From an uncultured Actinomycetota bacterium (GTDB lineage Bacteria; Actinomycetota; Actinomycetes; Propionibacteriales; Nocardioidaceae): DNA of 64,000 nucleotides. The stretch spans positions 169,778-233,777 of the forward strand of contig CAVXZS010000003.1 of NCBI GenBank assembly GCA_963766475.1, given 5' to 3'. A program made the position numbers and the translations under genes. Below, in pieces: positions 60,597 through 64,000 of this stretch (within the stretch, counting starts at the first letter, position 1; each line of letters starts with the position of its first letter). The notes under the pieces are model-generated. The model saw only the letters and a program-made list of their open reading frames with translations, was not told the origin of the DNA and did no database searches.

Positions 60597-62429
60597 ATGG
60601 AACGCCGCACCTACGCGGTCCTGCTCGGGACCGTGGCGCTGGTCGCCTCGACGCTCGGGCTGACCCCGAGCGCCGACTCCGCACCCGCGGACGGTCGGTC
60701 GGCGCCTCCCGCGGCGCACAAGGCGACCGTGCCCACCGGGTTCAGGGACACCACCGCCGTCGGCGGTGTCTCGCAGCCGGTCGCGGCGGCGTTCGCGCCG
60801 GACGGTACGGCGTTCATCGCGCTGCAGACCGGCGCCATCAAGTCCTACGACCTCGTGGCCTCCACCGGCCAGTACGAAGCGGCCGCGACCTCGACCGACT
60901 TCGCCGATCTCTCCGTCCAGGTCGCCAACTACGGCGACCGCGGGCTGACCGGCATCACCGTCGACCCGCAGTTCCCGGCCCGCCCCTACGTCTACGTCAA
61001 CTACACCTACAACGCCGACCCGCTGACGCCGAACACGTTCCCCGCCTGGGGCACTCCCGGACAGGCCTACGACAACTGCGGCCCCAACGACGCCAACGAG
61101 GCCACGCTCTCGCCGCCGACCAGGGGCTGCCCGGTCATGGACCGGGTCTCGCGGCTGACCGCGGAGCGCACGGCGCTCGGCTGGACGATGGCACCCGCGG
61201 GCGAGCACGTGCTCGTCCAGGACGGCTGCGCGCAGTTCTCCAGCCACTCCTCCGGTGACGTCGCCTTCGGCCCTGACGGCAAGCTCTACGCCTCGGCCGG
61301 CGACGGTGCGAGCTTCAAGGGCCAGGACTACGGCCAGGCCAACGGCGTGTCCCCCCACCAGGCCTGCCCCGGCGACCCGGTCGACGAGGGCGGCTCGCTG
61401 CGGGCCCAGGACCAGCGCACCTCCGGCTCCGGCGACCCGCTCGGCATCGACGGCACCATCTTCCGGCTCAACCCGGACACCGGGCTTCAGCCGGCCAGCG
61501 ACGACCCGACCCAGTGGCTGGTGGCGATGGGCCAGCGGAACCCGTGGCGGTTCACCTTCCGGCAGGGCCGGGAGCAGCTCTGGAGCGTGGACGTCGGCTC
61601 GTCGAACTGGGAGGAGATCAACTACCTCCTCGACGGACCGAACACAGGACTGATCAACCGCGGCTGGCCCTGCTACGAGGGCGGCACCGGGCAGTCGCTG
61701 GTCAACCCGCAGTGGCAGCCGCTGGGGAAGCAGATCTGCACCGACCTCTACACCGACGCGAGCAACGACCCGACCACGGTCAGGGCGCCGTTCTTCAGCT
61801 ACCGCACGCGCACCGGCGCGGGGCCGATCACGCCGGGGGAGAACTGCCCGGCGACCCAGTCCTCGGCGATGTCCGGCATCGCGTTCACGCCGCTCGGGAC
61901 CGCGTGGCCGGCCGCCTACCAGGACTCGCTGTTCTTCTCCGACTTCCTCCGTGGCTGCATCTGGCGGTTCGAGAAGGACGCCAACGGCCAGCCCGATGCG
62001 AGCAAGGTCCAGGTGTTCGCGCAGACGGCCGGCGCGCCTTCGCAGCTCCTCACCGGGCCCGGTGGCGACCTCTACTACGTCGACTACGGCTCGTTCACCG
62101 GCGACACCTACAACATCGGCTCCGGTGGCCTCCACCGGATCGCCTACGCCGGCCCGACGTCGCTGACCGTGAAGTCCTCACCGAAGAAGGTGAAGATCAA
62201 GGTCGACGGACAGCGCCATCGTGCGCCCTACCGCACCTCCTTCGACTCCGGCACGGTGGTGAAGCTGGTCGCGCCGAAGGCCTTCGTGAAGCACGGCGTC
62301 CGTTACGTCTTCACGAAGTGGAAGGGCGTCTCGGGCAGGAAGGCGAAGAAGCGGCACAAGGTGACGCTGACGGTCGGTGACGACGCCGTCACGGTGAAGG
62401 CGGTCTACAAGCGGGCGCGTCGGCGCTGA
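60597..62429 (+). CDS. Secreted PQQ-dependent sugar dehydrogenase-like (GSDH) beta-propeller protein with basic C-terminal domain
   Basis: Signal peptide; AFGPDGKLYASAGDG, GQRNPWR, WEEIN and GWPCYEG motifs. Confidence 0.85.
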   Translation: MERRTYAVLLGTVALVASTLGLTPSADSAPADGRSAPPAAHKATVPTGFRDTTAVGGVSQPVAAAFAPDGTAFIALQTGAIKSYDLVASTGQYEAAATSTDFADLSVQVANYGDRGLTGITVDPQFPARPYVYVNYTYNADPLTPNTFPAWGTPGQAYDNCGPNDANEATLSPPTRGCPVMDRVSRLTAERTALGWTMAPAGEHVLVQDGCAQFSSHSSGDVAFGPDGKLYASAGDGASFKGQDYGQANGVSPHQACPGDPVDEGGSLRAQDQRTSGSGDPLGIDGTIFRLNPDTGLQPASDDPTQWLVAMGQRNPWRFTFRQGREQLWSVDVGSSNWEEINYLLDGPNTGLINRGWPCYEGGTGQSLVNPQWQPLGKQICTDLYTDASNDPTTVRAPFFSYRTRTGAGPITPGENCPATQSSAMSGIAFTPLGTAWPAAYQDSLFFSDFLRGCIWRFEKDANGQPDASKVQVFAQTAGAPSQLLTGPGGDLYYVDYGSFTGDTYNIGSGGLHRIAYAGPTSLTVKSSPKKVKIKVDGQRHRAPYRTSFDSGTVVKLVAPKAFVKHGVRYVFTKWKGVSGRKAKKRHKVTLTVGDDAVTVKAVYKRARRR

Positions 62430-62467
62430 CGCGCCGAGCTGTCGCTCGGAGCCCCCCGCGGGAGCGC

Positions 62468-63334
62468 TCAGGCGTAGCGTGCGGCGGCCTCGGCCGCCCG
62501 GGTGCCGTAGCCGCCGCCGAACAGGGCGGCGTGCACCAGCAGCGGGAACAGCTGGTGCAGCGGGACCCGCTCCTCCCACCCCTCGGCGAGGGGCGCCCGC
62601 TCCTGGTAGGCCTCGAGCACGCGGGGCAGGTGCGGCATCCCGAAGAGCGCGAGCATCGCCAGGTCGAGCTCGCGGTGCCCGCCGTACGCCGCGGGGTCGA
62701 TCAGCCAGACCCGGCCCTCCTGGCCCCAGAGCACGTTGCCGTTCCAGAGGTCACCGTGCAGCCGGGCCGGCGGCTCGTCGGGCAGCAGCGCGGTGAGCTT
62801 GCCGATGATGCGCTCGACCACGGTCGCCTCCGCCTCGCTCACCGCGCCGCGGTCGCGGGCCAGCCTGAGGTAGGGGAGCACCCTGCGCACGGCGTAGAAC
62901 TCCGCCCACGTGTCGCACGGCGTGTTGGGCAGGGGCAGCTTGCTGATGAAGCCGTCCGACTCCCCGCCGAACGTCGCGGCACCGGCCGCGTGGGTGGTGG
63001 CCAGCGCCAGGCCGAAGGCGTTGGCGGCGTCGGGCGACGCCTTGCCGGGCTCGACCCAGCGCAGGATCAGGCAGTCCTCGTCGACCCCGAGCACCTCCGG
63101 CACGTGCACGCCGCCGTCCGCGGAGGCCTCGCGTAGCCAGCGCAGTCCGTGGGCCTCGGCCGCGAAGAACCCGGCCGGCGGGTGGGCATGGGTCTTCATG
63201 ATCGCCGTGGTGCCGTCGGAGAGACGCAGCTTGGTCGCCGCCGAGGTGTCGCCTCCGGCCAGCGGCGCGGTGGCCACGACGGCCGAGCCGAGGAGGTCCT
63301 CGGCGTGCTTGGCGATGACGGGCTGGCGGGTCAC
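62468..63334 (-). CDS. Fructosamine kinase family protein
   Basis: AEAHGLRWL, LHGDLWNGN and IDPAAYGGHRELDLAM motifs. Confidence 0.9.
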   Translation of the reverse strand: MTRQPVIAKHAEDLLGSAVVATAPLAGGDTSAATKLRLSDGTTAIMKTHAHPPAGFFAAEAHGLRWLREASADGGVHVPEVLGVDEDCLILRWVEPGKASPDAANAFGLALATTHAAGAATFGGESDGFISKLPLPNTPCDTWAEFYAVRRVLPYLRLARDRGAVSEAEATVVERIIGKLTALLPDEPPARLHGDLWNGNVLWGQEGRVWLIDPAAYGGHRELDLAMLALFGMPHLPRVLEAYQERAPLAEGWEERVPLHQLFPLLVHAALFGGGYGTRAAEAAARYA

Positions 63335-63888
63335 GAGGCCGGCTCGGCCGCGGACGGAGGATCGACGAGGTCGGGGAGCTGCTGGAGGGCGGAGACGATG
63401 ACGGCGCACGTGCGTTCCACCATCGAGAGCACCTCCTGGAATCCGTCTTCCCCACCGTAGTACGGGTCCGGCACCTCGCCACCCGGTTGGACGGGGTCGA
63501 AGTCGCCGAACAGCCGGACCCGAGCGAGGTCCGGGCCGGCGCTCGAGGACTCCTCGGCGCGACGTAGGTCCGCGAGGTTCGTGCCGTCCATCGCGAGCAC
63601 CAGGTCGTTCGCGGCCAGCCACGTCGGCGAGAACTGCTGGGCCCGGTGCGCCGACGGGTCGTAGTCGTGGGCACGCAGGATCGCGGCCGCGCGCTCGTCC
63701 ATCGGCTGGCCGACGTGCCAGTCGCCGGTGCCGCAGCTCGCCACGGTGACCCGGCCGGCCAGCCCGGTGTCGTCCACCCGCTGCGAGAGCACCACGTCGG
63801 CCATCGGCGAGCGGCAGATGTTGCCGAGACAGACCAGCGCGATCGTGTACTCGCCCTGCGTCCGCGGCGGCGGGAGCTCCGGCGCTAT
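63331..63888 (-). CDS. Low-molecular-weight protein-tyrosine phosphatase; probable non-canonical ATA start
   Basis: VCLGNICRSP P-loop upstream of the first ATG; VPDPYYG. Confidence 0.88.
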   Translation of the reverse strand: MAPELPPPRTQGEYTIALVCLGNICRSPMADVVLSQRVDDTGLAGRVTVASCGTGDWHVGQPMDERAAAILRAHDYDPSAHRAQQFSPTWLAANDLVLAMDGTNLADLRRAEESSSAGPDLARVRLFGDFDPVQPGGEVPDPYYGGEDGFQEVLSMVERTCAVIVSALQQLPDLVDPPSAAEPAS

Positions 63889-64000
63889 TTCGACTCCCCG
63901 ATCACGCTGTCGACGATCCAGGTCACCACGGTGATGACCACGGCGCCGCCGACCGCCGGCCAGAAGCCGGTGACGTGGAAGCCGATGTCGAGCTTGTCGG
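63885..64000 (-). CDS. C-terminus of a phage-holin-family (YvlD-like) membrane protein, 5' end outside window
   Basis: ...GFHVTGFWPAVGGAVVITVVTWIVDSVIGESK*. Confidence 0.65.
   Translation of the reverse strand, partial: DKLDIGFHVTGFWPAVGGAVVITVVTWIVDSVIGESK

Noticed and set aside
63885-64000. Prophage edge suggested by the holin-family gene
   Set aside because: This family is commonly chromosomal and no phage genes are in the window.

Overview
High-GC actinobacterial chromosomal window; gene content and repeat style suggest a Nocardioides-like organism (inference). About 60 protein-coding genes; I see no rRNA, tRNA or CRISPR. Main blocks: (1) a TetR-controlled acyl-CoA catabolic operon (AtuA-like protein, two acyl-CoA dehydrogenases, acyl-CoA carboxylase subunits), resembling M. 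tuberculosis Rv0972c-Rv0976c; (2) a DUF222/HNH nuclease gene with a 138-bp-period tandem array of two palindromes upstream; (3) a two-gene secreted module (small subunit plus large Ig-repeat protein); (4) a SigK-RskA regulon with two matching promoters; (5) HelD-like helicase, fused TrpE(G)/PhzE-like synthase, GlcNAc PTS/nagA cluster, pabA/pabB, zwf and mprAB. The most unusual signal is a family of short REP-like hairpins (about 22 copies of GGTTGAGGA-stem-loop-GTCTCGAAACC, plus relatives sharing a GAG...CGA core). Their stems show compensatory changes, they sit in frame inside enzymes, and they supply stop codons. At operon junctions they are spanned by short 'relay' ORFs that start at the upstream stop and end on the downstream start. 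Four apparent +1 frameshifts are probably sequencing errors.
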